From contig OZ024742.1 in the NCBI GenBank assembly GCA_964016885.1, positions 160,828,001-160,892,000 of the forward strand: a DNA stretch of 64,000 bases, written 5' to 3'. Each line of letters opens with the position of its first letter. Position 1 is the first letter of the stretch. A model generated the notes under the pieces. That model saw only the letters and a program-made list of their open reading frames with translations. It searched no databases and was not told the DNA's origin. Positions 41,412 through 55,186 of this stretch are shown here, piece after piece. A program made the position numbers and the translations under genes. This DNA is from Eledone cirrhosa (taxonomy: Eukaryota).

Positions 41412-42030
41412 ACAAATTTGGTATAAATATCCAAGAGTTTAGAGCACTAAAACCATAGGACGAGTTAAATGCAATTAGTTACAAGAGAGACGTGTACAGG
41501 TACTTAAGTTTCGTTGGGTTGCTTACTCCAACTCATTCAGCCTGCCATAAGAAGAAACTGGCTTCCCATCGTGGAGATTTTAGAAAGTATAGGAGGGTTC
41601 TAAGGAATTACCTATATGTAGGTGGTGTCGGTTACGATAATTAACACATGGGACAAACGAAGAGTACAGATCTTGGAGAAGAGGAACACATGAATATTTC
41701 CCGCTCGTCAGCTGTCTACTGGGAATCTTTGTAATTTCAGTGCAGTAATGGCCCCTAATAATATAGAGCTATTCGGGATACTAGGGAACCCTGTCTATTT
41801 GAAAAGACTCTGACCTATAATATTCTTGTCTTATTTCAGATGCAGTGTATTTTATTCCGAATAGCTCTCTTTCTGTAGGTGTTATTTGTGCAATGAGAGG
41901 AGTAATACAGTCTTTAGTATCCGAAACTTCAAAGACAAACTGTAAACAACTGACGAGCAGGAAATTCCTGTGTCCGATTTCTCCAGGTTTTCTGTATACC
42001 GCGTTTGGCTACGTGTTAATTTTCTACTTA
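41405..42030 (-). mobile_element. Non-coding PLE-end element with hammerhead, between two (TA)n tracts
   Basis: Hammerhead at 41496-41545. The tail taactcgtcctatgg..ttagtgctct resembles the tail at 56737-56770. The 5' extent is inferred from the next (TA)n. Confidence 0.55.
41496..41545 (-). ncRNA. Type I hammerhead ribozyme with an 8-nt CUGAAUGA core
   Basis: Minus strand: gcagg CTGAATGA gttgg-agtaagcaac-ccaac GAAAC ttaa GTA cctgt. Palindromic stem III ACTTAAGT. Confidence 0.75.
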
Positions 42031-42037
42031 CATATGC

Positions 42038-42087
<50 letters not shown>

Positions 42088-42345
42088 GTGTGGTGAGGTT
42101 TGTATCTATATCTATGTCCCGTAACTTAGGGGTTCGACAAAAAGAGACCGATAAAATATGTGCCATACTAGAAAAAATCATTACTAGGGTCGATATAATC
42201 GAATGAAATAAGGACGTACCCCAGCATAGCTGCAATCTATTGACCCAAAAATGAAAACTTATAAAAGAATATATATAAAGTTAAAATGTATGATCCCAAT
42301 AGAGACACTGTCCCTTCGTGTCAACTCCATGTTCTCAAGTCTCCT

Positions 42346-42413
<68 letters not shown>

Positions 42414-42456
42414 ATAACAGGAGGTTGGACTGGTGTAAATCCTTGAAAGGTTTATT

Positions 42457-42514
42457 ATACTATGATCATTTCAATGACCGAGTTCCATATGAATCCGGTG
42501 ATATCATCAGGTAT
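42457..42514 (-). ncRNA. Type I hammerhead ribozyme (left arm)
   Basis: Minus strand: atac CTGATGA tatcaccggattcatatggaactcggtcatt GAAA tgatca TA gtat. Long stem II, palindromic stem III ATGATCAT, AUA triplet. Confidence 0.75.
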
Positions 42515-42849
42515 TGGAATATAACAAAGGAATATGTAAAAAACCATGGGTCCGAAAAATCATAGGCAGAGACAAAGAGGACGACTGACGAACTAGCTGC
42601 CTTCACCTCGGCCAGTCGCCCTCAAAGTGATGGCAACTGAATCTACTAATGACCATCTGGTGAGGGGGCGAAGGCTTATAATGCACTACCACCTCTCCGC
42701 CAAAGAAAAGGGGGAAGAAAGAAAGAAAGGAAGAAAGAAGAAAAAAAGATAGAAAGAAGTCAGAGTAAGGGTCACACTACATTCATGCTAGAAAATGCCG
42801 CGAAAAATGCTACTCCAAAGAATCTATATTTAACAAAGGCATATATAAT

Positions 42850-43027
42850 TGTTTCTACTTTAGGCACAAGGCCAGCAATTACCCAGTGCATTACTGGTAC
42901 TTTATTTTGTCGACCCAGTAAGGATGAAATGCAAAGTCAACCTCGGCGGGACTTGAACTCAGATCGTAAAGGGACATAACTATGCTGGAAAGCATGGCGT
43001 CCGACCCTCTACCGACACTGCCAATCC
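42850..43027 (-). mobile_element. Family A SINE inserted in one arm of the palindrome
   Basis: 18-bp TSD aacaaaggcatatataat (42832-42849, 43028-43045). The other arm has the single empty site at 44857-44874. Confidence 0.92.
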
Positions 43028-45180
43028 AACAAAGGCATATATAATGGGTGTCTGTATGGTTTAATGTGTGAACCGAAAATTGGAACGTTAAACTTATGTT
43101 GCGAGTTATAGATTGAAATTAAATTAAATTAAAAAATATTAAATTGTAAAATGATAAATTGAAAAATAAATTATTAGAAAATTAAACGTTAAGGTAGCGA
43201 GATTTATTTAATGAACTTACAGAGAGAGTCTTATATGAAAAAATTAATCTCAATAAGATATCAGGATGGGATATAGAGTAAAGATTTCGATTGTGAGTCC
43301 CAGCCAGCACTCCCCAACCATGAGTCAGCCAGTTTCGAGTGGTATCGTCCAGCGAAAGAAATGGAAATTATTTTTTCCGAGTAGTCTAGGAACGTAGCTA
43401 CCTTAGTAGGAGTGCTAGCGGGAAGTCTACAATTTCGACAGGCTATCGTCTATACCAAACGAATATTATTAAATCACACATGAGGGGTTTATTTACGTGC
43501 CAGTAGAGGCATGATACAGCTAATAGTTATGCCTAAACCTGGAGTTTATAGGTATACGTATAAGATGGCGGCCAGGACAGGCAGTGCGGTGGGACCTGGG
43601 CAAAGCCATCCGCTCCGAGTAATTTCGTTTACCGAAAGAGGGGAAATTTATTTTTCCGAGCACTCAAGGAAGGCTGAACTTTCCGAGTGCCTAGCGCGCA
43701 GCCGGGAAAAGCCACCACATAAGTCGAAGATAGCAACCCAATGAAAAGTGCAAATAGACCATAATTATTTTAAAGTCCCAGTTAGTCCGGGTTATAAGTA
43801 GTGTGGTTCTTTGGTGGGTAGGGGGCTATGAAAGGTGCATAATGACCTGAGTAAGGAAAGTTACAAAAAAATAATAAAAGCAGGATACAAAGATAAAATA
43901 CAAATATAAAGATAAAATACAAAGATAAAGAATACATTGATAAAAATACATTAATAAATTAATTAAAAAAAATTAATAAAAGTAAATAACTAGGGATGTA
44001 GAAAGACGGAAATATATGAGAACGTATCGGAGGAATCACAGTGTAGGGGAAATACAATATAGATCAAGTTGTAGTAGCCACCTACCCACCAAAGAACCAC
44101 ACTACTTATAACCAGGACTAACTGGGACTTTAAAATAATTATGGTCTATTTGCACTTTTCATTGGGTTGCTACCTTCGACTTATGTGGTGGCTTTTCCCG
44201 GCTGCGCGCTAGGCACTCGGAAAGTTCAGCCTTCCTTGAGTGCTCGGAAAAATAAATTTCCCCTCTTTCGGTAAACAAAATTACTCGGAGCGGATGGCTT
44301 TGCCCAGGTCCCACCGCGCCGCCTGTTCTGGCCGCCATATTGTACTTATACCTATAAACTCCAGGTTTAGGCATAACTATTAGCTGTATCATGCCTCTAC
44401 TGGCACGTAAATAAACCCCTCATGTGTGATTTAATAATATTCGTTTGGTATAGACGATAGCCTGTCGAAATTGTAGACTTCCCGCTAGCACTCCTACTAA
44501 GGTAGCTACGTTCCTAGACTACTCGGAAAAATTAATTTCCATTTCTTTCGCTGGACGATACCACTCGAAACTGGCTGACTCATGGTTGGGGAGTGCTGGC
44601 TGGGTCTCACAATCGAAATCTTTACTCTATATCCCATCCTGATATCTTATTGAGATTATTTTTTTCATATAAGACTCTCTCTGTAAGTTCATTAAATAAA
44701 TCTCGCTACCTTAACCTTTAATTTTCTAATAATTTATTTTTCAATTTATCATTTTGCAATTTAATATTTTTAATTTAATTTAATTTCATCCTATAACTCG
44801 CAACATAAGTTTAACGTTCCAATTTTCGGTTCACACATTAAACCATACAGACACCCATTATATATGCCTTTGTTAAATATAGATTCTTTGGAGTAGCATT
44901 TTTCGCGGCATTTTCTAGCATGAATGTAGTGTGACCCTAAAGCTGATTTCTTTCTTCCTTTTTTTCTTCTTTCTTCCTTTCTTCCCCCTTTTCTTTGGCG
45001 GAGAGGTGGTAGTGCATTATAAGCCTTCGCCCCCTCACCAGATGGTCATTAGTAGATTCAGTTGCCATCACTTTGAGGGCGACTGGCCGAGGTGAAGGCA
45101 GCTAGTTGGTCAGTCGTCCTCTGTCTCCGTCTCTAATTTTTCGGACCCATGGTTTTTACATATTCCTTTGTTATATTCCA

Positions 45181-45238
45181 ATACCTGATGATATCACCGG
45201 ATTCATATGGAACCCGCTCATTGAAATCATCATAGTAT
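45181..45238 (+). ncRNA. Type I hammerhead ribozyme (right arm, slightly decayed)
   Basis: Mirror of 42457-42514 with substitutions in stems II and III. Confidence 0.65.
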
Positions 45239-45435
45239 AATAAACCTTTCAATGATTTACACCAGTCCAGCCTCCTGCTATTTTATTTATAATTAACTCC
45301 GTATTCGCACCACCAACTACACAAACGAGGACGGGTGAACTGCACTACATTGAGTGCTCTCCACAATATTACACCAAGATTGACAATACGGAATGACCAA
45401 TTCTATCCACTGGTGAACCAACAAACCTAAAGATA

Positions 45436-45581
<146 letters not shown>

Positions 45582-45833
45582 CGGATTAATTGATTATTTA
45601 TTTAATTAATTTCTCTGTGCTACAATGATAAATTAAGTAAATGTTGTCTGTTTGTTCTTCACACCGATAATTATATATATATATGTATATATATGTGTAT
45701 ACATACATCATTATATATATTGGTACTGTTTATTATAATAAATTACTCTATTTTGAGCTGTGTTTAACTTCACCTCTCTTTATAATTTTTTATATTGTTT
45801 TTGTAAAAAACGATATTTATTTCATATATATAT

Positions 45834-45896
<63 letters not shown>

Positions 45897-47175
45897 ACAT
45901 TATTTTATTAACATAGCTTGTACCTGGTCAAAGTTCGAGTGGTATCGAGTACTACATCTTACATCTATGTTGTAGCTATCTGCAATGTTTCTAAAGACTC
46001 CGCTAGCTGATAAACCCTAATAGATTTAGATATTGCTAACTAGAGTAAAAAGAGAAAAGAAAAACGAAACGCGAGGGAGAGAGAGAGCAAGATACAGAGA
46101 GAAAGAGAGGCAGTGAGAGAGAAAGATACAAAGAGAAATATAGGCAGATATAGAGAGAGATTGAGAGAGAGACAGAGAGCGACAGAAGGAAAGAAAAGAA
46201 AAGCGAAAGAATGCAATGCGTTTATAATTAAGTAGTACTTATACGTCTTAAGAATGGGATTTTAAGTATGCATATGATATGTGAAGAACTCTTCTTGATA
46301 AGGAAAATTGTTTAAATAATATATTGATAAAATAGAGCGAATGAGTTTTTTTTTTTATAGGAAACTAAGTGTGCAGGAACACTGTTATAAGGAATACGTG
46401 ACTGGATACTGAAGCCTTATAATTTATTAAGGGTGTTAAATTGTGACGTTCATGCATTTCCTAAGACTATAGTAAGCAACGTAATGGATGTCAAATTGTT
46501 TTATCACCAGCATGGAAACAAGATCGTGGTGTCCGTTCGCCAGGAACTTACTTTGCTATTCGTTCTTGCGTCACTTATCACAATACACCGTCTATGAGCC
46601 TTTAACTCAAAATGGAGTCGTAAGGACACCTTCTGGACATCTTTTATTTGACCTGAACATAGCCGATTTCTTCCAGAGATAAAGAAGGGAAGTGGAAAAT
46701 ACATATAGAAGAAAAGTTCAGTTTTAATAGGCTTGGAAAGGATAAAAGGAAAAGTTGACTCGGATGCGATTTGAACTCAGAGTGCAGAGAGCCGAAACAA
46801 ATACCATAACGCATTCGATCCGACGTTCTGATGATTCCACCAATCCTCCACTATATACTCATCACAATTTTGTGTAAAATTTCTCCATTTCTTTCGTATA
46901 TATATATATATCTAAGACCAACACCCGTAGTGAGGTGGTCCACTCCAGGGAGTGAACCAACCACCTTATGATCGCTTGTACAACACCCTAACCACTTTGC
47001 CATGCTCGTTTACTAGCGTCATTGAAATGGAACCATCTCACCATCGCACCACTACCACTACTGCCACCACTACATGATGATCATCATCATCATAAAAGTC
47101 GTACAATCATGCGTGTTCCCAATTTTGCGGAGTCTCTTTTAATCTAATTATATAAATTACTGTTACCTAATACTC

Positions 47176-47751
47176 ACACACACACACAAGCACATACACA
47201 AGTACATAAACTTACACACACACACACAAGCACATACACAAGTACATAAACTTACACACACACACACAAGCACATACACAAGTACATAAACTTACACACA
47301 CACACACAAGCACATACACAAGTACATAAACTTACACACACACACTCAAGCACATACACAAGTACATAAACTTACACACACACACTCAAGCACATACACA
47401 AGTACATAAACTTACACACACACACTCAAGCACATACACAAGTACATAAACTTACACACACACACTCAAGCACATACACAAGTACATAAACTTACACACA
47501 CACACTCAAGCACATACACAAGTACATAAACTTACACACACACACACTCAAGCACATACACAAGTACATAAACTTACACACACACACTCAAGCACATACA
47601 CAAGTACATAAACTTACACACACACACTCAAGCACATACACAAGTACATAAACTTACACACACACACTCAAGCACATACACAAGTACATAAACTTACACA
47701 CACACACACAAGCACATACACAAGTACATAAACTTACACATACACACTCAA
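47176..47751. repeat. 40-bp minisatellite, about 14 copies
   Basis: Unit (ca)n-caagcacatacacaagtacataaactta, with variants acaag and ctcaag. Confidence 0.95.
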
Positions 47752-47819
47752 GGTCCAAATAGGAAAATATATAATAAAGGGTTATACTAAACAGATGCCA
47801 AAACCAGCGAGTATATAGT

Positions 47820-48250
47820 CATGTGTTGTTGTTGTTGGTGGTTGTGATGATGGTGGTGGTGGTGGTGACGGTGGTAGTGGTGGGGGGTAGTGGTGGTGGT
47901 GGTAGTGGTGGTGGTGGTGATGATGGCGTTGGTGGTGGTGGTGGTAGTGGTGGGTGGTGGTGATGATATTGCTGGTGGTAGTGATAGTGGTGATGATGGT
48001 AGCGGTAGTGGTGGTGGTGGTGGTGATGGTGGCGGTAGTGGTAGTGGTGGTAGTGGTGGTGGTGGTGGTGGTGGTGGAGGTGGTGGTGGTGATGGTGGCG
48101 GTAGTGGTGGTGGTGGTGGTGATGGTAGCGGTAGTGGTGGTGGTGGTAGTGGTGGTGGTGGTGGAGGTGGTGGTGGTGATGGTGGCAGTAGTGGTGGTGG
48201 TGGTGGTGGCGATTATGGTGGTACTGCTGCCGCTGTTACTGCTGTTGCTA
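47820..48250. repeat. Degenerate (GGT)n tract
   Basis: Direct inspection; source of the poly-Gly/Val/Thr ORFs. Confidence 0.9.
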
Positions 48251-51200
48251 TTTAGCCCAGGTGAGCCGAAATTGAACAGCAAACCTATAACGAAACATTA
48301 CAGCTGTGACCTTTCTATGTTATTTTCTGCACACATCCTGTGTTATATTATATACATACAAGTTTGCCTCTTTTTATGACCATAGGGTGATATTTGGGGA
48401 AGATTTGGCTGCTGACTCTAGCAGTCTGAGTAGCTACGTAGAGGGAGACCGTGTATTTTCGCTTGTTGAAGGATGGTCAATTATTTTTACAAAGTATAGA
48501 AAAGTCACTGATAGCCAACTGATCGAATGCGAATCAGTGATGGAAATAGGTGTGGTGGGGTGAGAGATATGCAGGAGAATGGCATGCCCCTATTTTTTTT
48601 CTTTTTACATAGATGATGGTGGAGGGTGGGGAGGGGCGTCATATAGTGTCTATTGTACTTTGTGGCATTGTCTTCTGACTTCAAAACCTGCTTGGGCCTA
48701 CTAGTGTGGTAGACTTAATCCGTCGTTTGATTTAACAGCCACACTTGGTCCACGGGTGTCTTTAGCGGAGTTTACTCTGTTGTAAGTATTTGATTCGGGT
48801 CTCATGTCTGAAGACACCTTCTTCCTTCCTTTCCACTGGTTTCAAATGATCCTGCAAATAGTCATGGACAATGCCGTCCCCTCCTTTACTAAACATTAAA
48901 AAAAGGATTAATCGATGTAACAAACTGTATAATTGATGAATATTTCATTAGCTGGCAATATTGTAAAGGAATCGTCTTAAAGGTGCATCCTTGGATCCCG
49001 TACTGTTTAGATCTTCCACAAAATCGGAACGTCAGCAGCCCGTCTGAGGAATATGTCCCGCGAAGTGGGGTGGTTGTTGCAGCGGGTGTCACTGGCCATT
49101 GTCTGTAGAAATGCCTTTGCAGTTTTGTCCGCGAGACGCAGCCCTAACACCGCCCCACCCTAGACACAGAGCCAATCACCCTCTCCCCTTCCCCCTTTCT
49201 TCTGTGGCCCAAGAATTCTTTCTTCCCCCTCTTTTCCTCTCATTTATGGCATTTATAGTCCTTTCCTCTACTTTCCCATACAGCCAGATCTGCCCTTCTT
49301 TACCCCTTCCTCTTTTGCTCATTACTTGATTTTGTTTTTATCTTTCTTATGAAGAGCCACATCCTATACGGCCCACTGCCGGAAAACGGTTGTCCATACA
49401 TGTACTATATTTTAAGATACAATGGAATGAAACGAACCTCCGTCGGGGTCGACTATGAGTGCTTCAGTTGTTCAATCAACGGATCAGCTTACTTCTAAAA
49501 TTCCCGTGTAAGTAGCTGAGAATTCCACTGACATGTGTGGAATGTCAGGGAGATTCAGTATGTGATAAAACTGGCTCATGTCGGATGGACTCTACCTGTA
49601 ATTTCAGATAGAGTCCATCTGAGAACTTTTCAAACAGTTTCCATCAACCCAATTTCCCTCACAATACATACATAGGTCGACCCGAGGATATGGTAAATTC
49701 CTGGGACATAAAGATAAATATTACAATCAGGCTGAGTCGAATATGAAAGCATATTAAAGAATAAATGTGTATGTATGTTATGGGAGTTTCTTGGTCATTT
49801 TAAATTTGGTGGAGCTCATTCCCTAATCAGGGCTGTGTACAGCCAATTTCTTCCGGAGAAGAAGAAGAAGAAGAAGAAGAAGAAGAAGGAGGAGGAAGAG
49901 GACAGTTAGAGAGAGAGAGAAGTGAGATCGAGATATAGAGGAAGATTCGACCCTAGTAATGGATTCGTTCATCGTCCTCAAAAGGATGAAAGTCACAATC
50001 AACCTCGGCGGGTTTTGAAATCAGAGCGTTGAGTGCCGGAACGAATACCAGAGAGCATTTTAGCCGACGTTGTAACGCCTCTGTCAATTCGCCGCCTTCG
50101 GGAGGTTAACACACACTCAACTATAATCATAAAGACATGGCGATTCTAGATGGTAGCATTCACAGATATTAATTACTCCGTCGTCGTGTTGAAACAAGCA
50201 GTTAAAAACAACACTTGTCTTGACAGTTGCAATACATAGAAGTTTCTCACGGCATAACAATGGGATCAGCTAATGTAAGAGTAGAAAACTCATTGGTATA
50301 GAATAGAGATGTTGAAAACTAATTGGTGACGAATCAACTAACAGAGTATGTTTCTTTTTCTGTTAATTTACAAACTAAATAATAAAAAACATCTGAAAAA
50401 ATCCACTAAAAAATACAATTTTAGACAAAAATATCCTGTGATAATTTAGTAAAAAGTATTTCAAAATGGGTTTGTTTATAGTATCTTTATAATGGACAGA
50501 TAGTTTATGAAAAATTGTAGTATTTAATTTTTAATGCAATACAGTCATAGGGCCGTTTTGTATTTTTAAAGAATGTCTTGCTAATTCAGTTTAACTGCGA
50601 CCCAGTTTATTATTTCATTCTTTTTACAATTTAGTCAGGGAGGGAAAGGCAAAGCCCGTAACTCATTTCAAAGACTTTGAAGGCTTGGTCGGAATCATTT
50701 CAACAGAATGAACATCACTAAAGGCCCACAAGGACAAGACGTTGGCGTTAAACTGGGTAATAATTAAGTCTAACACTCAAGTAAGCCATGGCAGGATTTG
50801 AACTCAACTCAGAGAGTCAAGACCCGGAACAAATACCGCAAGGCATCTCATCTGGTGCTCTAACAATTCCGCCAATCCACCGCTCTGGACTTGTAATTTA
50901 TTTATCAATTTCCAAAGGAGGAAAAGCAAAATTGGCTTCAGCTGGATTTGAACTCAGAATGCACCAATGCATTTGGTGTCGCGCTCTAATCACACCACCA
51001 GTTCATCGCCGCTTGTTGTCACAAAGTACGCTACCGCGTTGAAGTCAGGACTCTGCCAATTCGGTGCCTACGGCTCCAACTGAAAGAATTATTTCCTACA
51101 TCACTTTTTTTCCGACAACAGAGCAAATTAGAAAAATATCACCTTGTTTCAACTGCCCCAGATCGAGTGTTCCAATTGTTTGATCAAGGAAACAACCTCC

Positions 51201-52827
51201 TCGGGAAATGAAAGTGTAAGTGACTGAGCAATCCAAAAGCACGTGTACCTTTAACATAATATTCAGCATAACACACAGTGTATCAAGGCAGGCAATTTTA
51301 ACTACAAGTTCAACTCATTTTCCAGCTGAGTGGACTGGAGTAATGTGAAATAAAGTATCTTGTTCAAGAACAAAACGCACAGGTGGTAATCGAATTCAAG
51401 ACCAACCGATCGTGAGCCAAACATCCTACTCATTAGGCCATGTGTTTTCACATACAAAACTAACAAAAGAAAATGAATTAGTAAATTTTGTGGTTTGCAC
51501 TGTCGAGAGAAGATTGTCTCACACGAGAACCGAAATAAAAGCTATTAAAACCATCGTTGACATAAATAACTGCTGACAGATATACAATATTACGAATTTA
51601 ACCAAATTAACCATTTGGACCTACATTGACACCAGCTAGTGATGACATATTTATACTAGTGAGAGCCAAACTACTAACAACTAAGTCAAGATATTAACGT
51701 GATAGGATAGAATGGAATGGGCCTTCATCGGTTTCGACAAGGAGTCTTCTAGATGTTTGATCGACGGAACAGCCTGCTCCTGAAATTATTGTTTCAGAAG
51801 CTGAACTTTCCATTGACATGTGGGGCCTGTAATGTCATTCTTATTAATATCCTGTATAACTCAGTGTGTGACATGCTGGTCTTCTAAATTGCAGAGGTAG
51901 ACCAACTGATGGACTTCAAATCAGTTTCCGTCTACTCAATACCAATACTTGGGACGATCTGACATTTGGCCAAGATATCTTACAATTAGAAGGAAACCGA
52001 CCCCGTATGATTCCAAAGCAAACTTCTTAACCATTTAGCGAGGTTGCGTCCACATTAACGAGATAAGCTTGCAATGTTTATTGCTTTGAGGGTAGTAACT
52101 TGGCAGAATTGGTAGAGCGCCGGGTAAAACCATTGCACTAATTGTTCTGGCCCTTTATATTATGAGTTCAAATACTGCCAAGGTTAACATTACCTTTCAT
52201 CCTTCCAGGGTTAGTAAAATAAAATACCAGTCAAGCACTGAGGGTGATTTAATCAACTTAGCCCTTCCCCTTGCGCAGAAATCAATATTAAGAGTAGTGA
52301 AAAGAATAAGGATGTCACGTCTAAAAATATTTCAGATAAGCGCCATATCACCTGTAAGGAAAGTTCTAAAGGTCCTAAGGAATAAATAATCAAAGCAATT
52401 ATCATAAAATTAAAAAAACAATTGACATATACATAAATATACCAAACATTAACAGGGGATAATTTGTAAAGGATATAAATATAAATAGAAGCATTCACCA
52501 TAATTTTTACTAAAGAAATTTTAGCCTGACAGTGGGGTTTAGAACCCTCTAAAAAATGGAAAATAATGAGTATTGACGACTCATCTTTTCCAATTTCTTA
52601 GAGGGTTCTAAACCTCACTATCAGGCTAAAGTTTCTTTAGTCAAAAGTACGGTGAAGGCGTCTATTTCTATTATATACACACACATATATATATATGCAA
52701 AAGTTTTATTTAAGATTGTTGGGTTACAACGAGTAAATATTTTATAACTGATATAAAAGCACTCAACAGTTTCTGGAGTAGGTTTACGATATTAAACAAA
52801 TGGAAACTATATTTATAAAACCATATT

Positions 52828-52893
52828 TATTTCGTTATATATATTTCTGGGATATCATATTAAAAATATGGTATGCCTTCCTCAGACAAAATA
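52828..52893 (-). ncRNA. Type I hammerhead ribozyme (left arm)
   Basis: Reverse complement of 56419-56484. Confidence 0.75.
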
Positions 52894-54330
52894 CAATACA
52901 TAAGCTGTTTTATAAATAATTAGTGACATACCTTGTAATAATGCAACTTCCATTTAAAAAGTTGATTTGGTAGTGAAACTGTTATGACAGTTATATAGAA
53001 AGAAAAACGAAGATGAGAAGAAGAAGATGAAGAGATGTATGTAAATAAAGAAAAGAAGAAGATGAAGAGATGTATGTAAAGAAAAACAACGGAGCGAGAT
53101 AGAGAGACAAGGAGATATGATAGAGAGAAATACATTGAGGAGGTGAAAAAAAATATAGTAGGCTGCCTTTGGACAGATGATCACCGTATATCTGAGAGGT
53201 TAAGGGAAGGGATACAGTTAAACTAGTGTATAGGAGAAAAAGAAAGAAAGATGATATATTTAAAATATATTAAAAATATATTATGTCTCATCCATTTGAA
53301 TTATCAATTTTTATGAATTAGGTATTATAATGTAAATATCAGTATTCATGAATGAGACACATATCCATAATGTGTGAAAAAATGACCACATGCTCAGTTT
53401 AAAAATTCTTAGGTCTATAAGCAAAATCTGAGATAAAACTTCAAACATAAGTATATATGCATTCTCGTGAAAAAAAAAGAGAAAAGAGAAGGTTATCTCA
53501 AATTCAAGTTGATAAATATAGACGCACATGTGAACCTACGTGATACGCTGCACAGATTCTTATATTTCATGAAAAACTTCAATGCGTTACAAAAGATTCC
53601 ACCCTACATACATTTACATACATATATACATATATAAAGACATAAAATATATAAGATATACATTAACATCTAAAATAACATTTCAGCCTCACTTGCATGA
53701 TCATCGATCAAGCATAGAGTAGACAACAGATATCAATATTAAAATTAAAAACGCCAAGAATATCTTCGTCACTCCACAGAGTATCTAGGGACGCAAGAGA
53801 ACATAGTATGCCACGCATATCGGTCACATAGAATCAGAATCAAAAGCAAACAAAACCAAAATTGTTCACCAAGCCTTATTTAGCAGAAACCATTCAAAAC
53901 TTATTCTACAAATGCTCTTATATTTATTATAGAAGTTTATCCAGCTTAAAAATTTATTCAAAAGATTGGGAACAACGCCAATTTTAGGGTAGTTTATTTA
54001 ATCTCATTAATTATATATTCATGCAGAAAGGTTTAAAAAAAAAAAAAATTGAAGGAATCGAAAGATTTATCGCCAAGTTTCATAAATAGTCAAATACCTT
54101 AAGTAAATATACTACATTTTATACTACATTTTAAATTTATATTTATATTTAAATGTTGAGTTCAATCTATGTCTGCAACAGCTGAATAAATTGGTTCGTA
54201 AATTAAGGGAATTTTTAGATTTTAGTATAAAGAATATCTCCTCCGCGCAGAGGTCACATGTCTCAGAAGAGGAATTAAAAGGGATCCCTTTTGAGACTAT
54301 ATTCCAAACCATCGAATATCCAACTTTTAG

Positions 54331-55186
54331 TATTATAATGAAGCTTTAGCTAGAGCAGGATATAGTGATAAAATTATGTACATCGATAATAGACAAACTA
54401 ACCAAAATAACAACAATTTTAATTACAGTAACAACTTTAACAACTATAATAGAAAGCACTACAATAATTTCAAAAACCAGAAAAGAAATAGAACTAGAAA
54501 TATAATATGGTTTGCCCCCCCCCCCCCCCCCTTTCTCACTAAACATTAAAACCCACATCGCTAAACTATTTTTTAATGCTCTTGACAAACGCTTCCCTAG
54601 AACACATAAGTATCACTCAATTTTTAATAGACATACTATAAAATTAACGTACTCGTCCACCAAAGATTTAGCACAAAATATTAATAGAATAAATAATAGG
54701 AATCTAAAACCTAGCCAAAATACCGAAAATAGCCTAAACAATATTCAACTAATAAACTGTAACTGTAGAGATAGATCTAAATGTCCGCTAAATAACAATT
54801 GCTTAGTTAAAAATATAATATACAACTGTAATGTTAGAACTGATTTAAATTCTTTTAATTATGTTGGTTCCACCTCGACAGAATTTAAACTTCGCTATAA
54901 TAATCACAAAAATTCTTTCACGGATCCAAATAAAAAATCCTCAACATCGCTGTCAGGGTTACTCTGGCAACTTAAGCATGATAAAGTTGGATATTCGATG
55001 GTTTGGAATATAGTCTCAAAAGGGATTCCTTTTAATTCCTCTTCTGAGACATGTGACCTCTGCGCGGAGGAGATATTCTTTATACTAAAATCTAAAAATT
55101 CCCTTAATTTACGAACCAATTTATTCAGCTGTTGCAGACATAGATTGAACTCAACATTTAAATATAAATATAAATTTAAAATGTAG
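54331..55186 (+). pseudogene. 5'-truncated PLE ORF: end of RT thumb, linker zinc finger and GIY-YIG endonuclease
   Basis: YYNEALARAGY, RNIIWFAPP (frameshift in a C17 run), IFNRHTIKLTYS, CNCRDRSKCPLNNNC, IIYNC..YVGSTSTEFKLRYNNH, CDLC..E, CCRH. Confidence 0.9.

Larger units (their letters stand above)
46735..52290. mobile_element. Scattered diverged SINEs (family A: 46735-46851, 49945-50098, 50790-51012, 52090-52290; family B: 51170-51452 plus fragments at 49470-49580 and 51755-51900)
   Basis: Recurrent ggatttgaactcag, ccaatcc and gtgaaataaagtatcttg motifs. Confidence 0.65.

Noticed and set aside
43511-44392. Mirror 77-aa ORF pair (also 10917/11332 and 52920/56392)
   Set aside because: They arise from the inverted arms, and there is no independent coding evidence.
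47176-47751. CRISPR-like array
   Set aside because: Contiguous tandem units with no unique spacers, eukaryotic context and no cas genes.
47782-48379. Gly-rich or mucin-like protein
   Set aside because: Translation of a (GGT)n tract that is open in several frames. The same applies to all YI, CV, RE and HT repeat ORFs.
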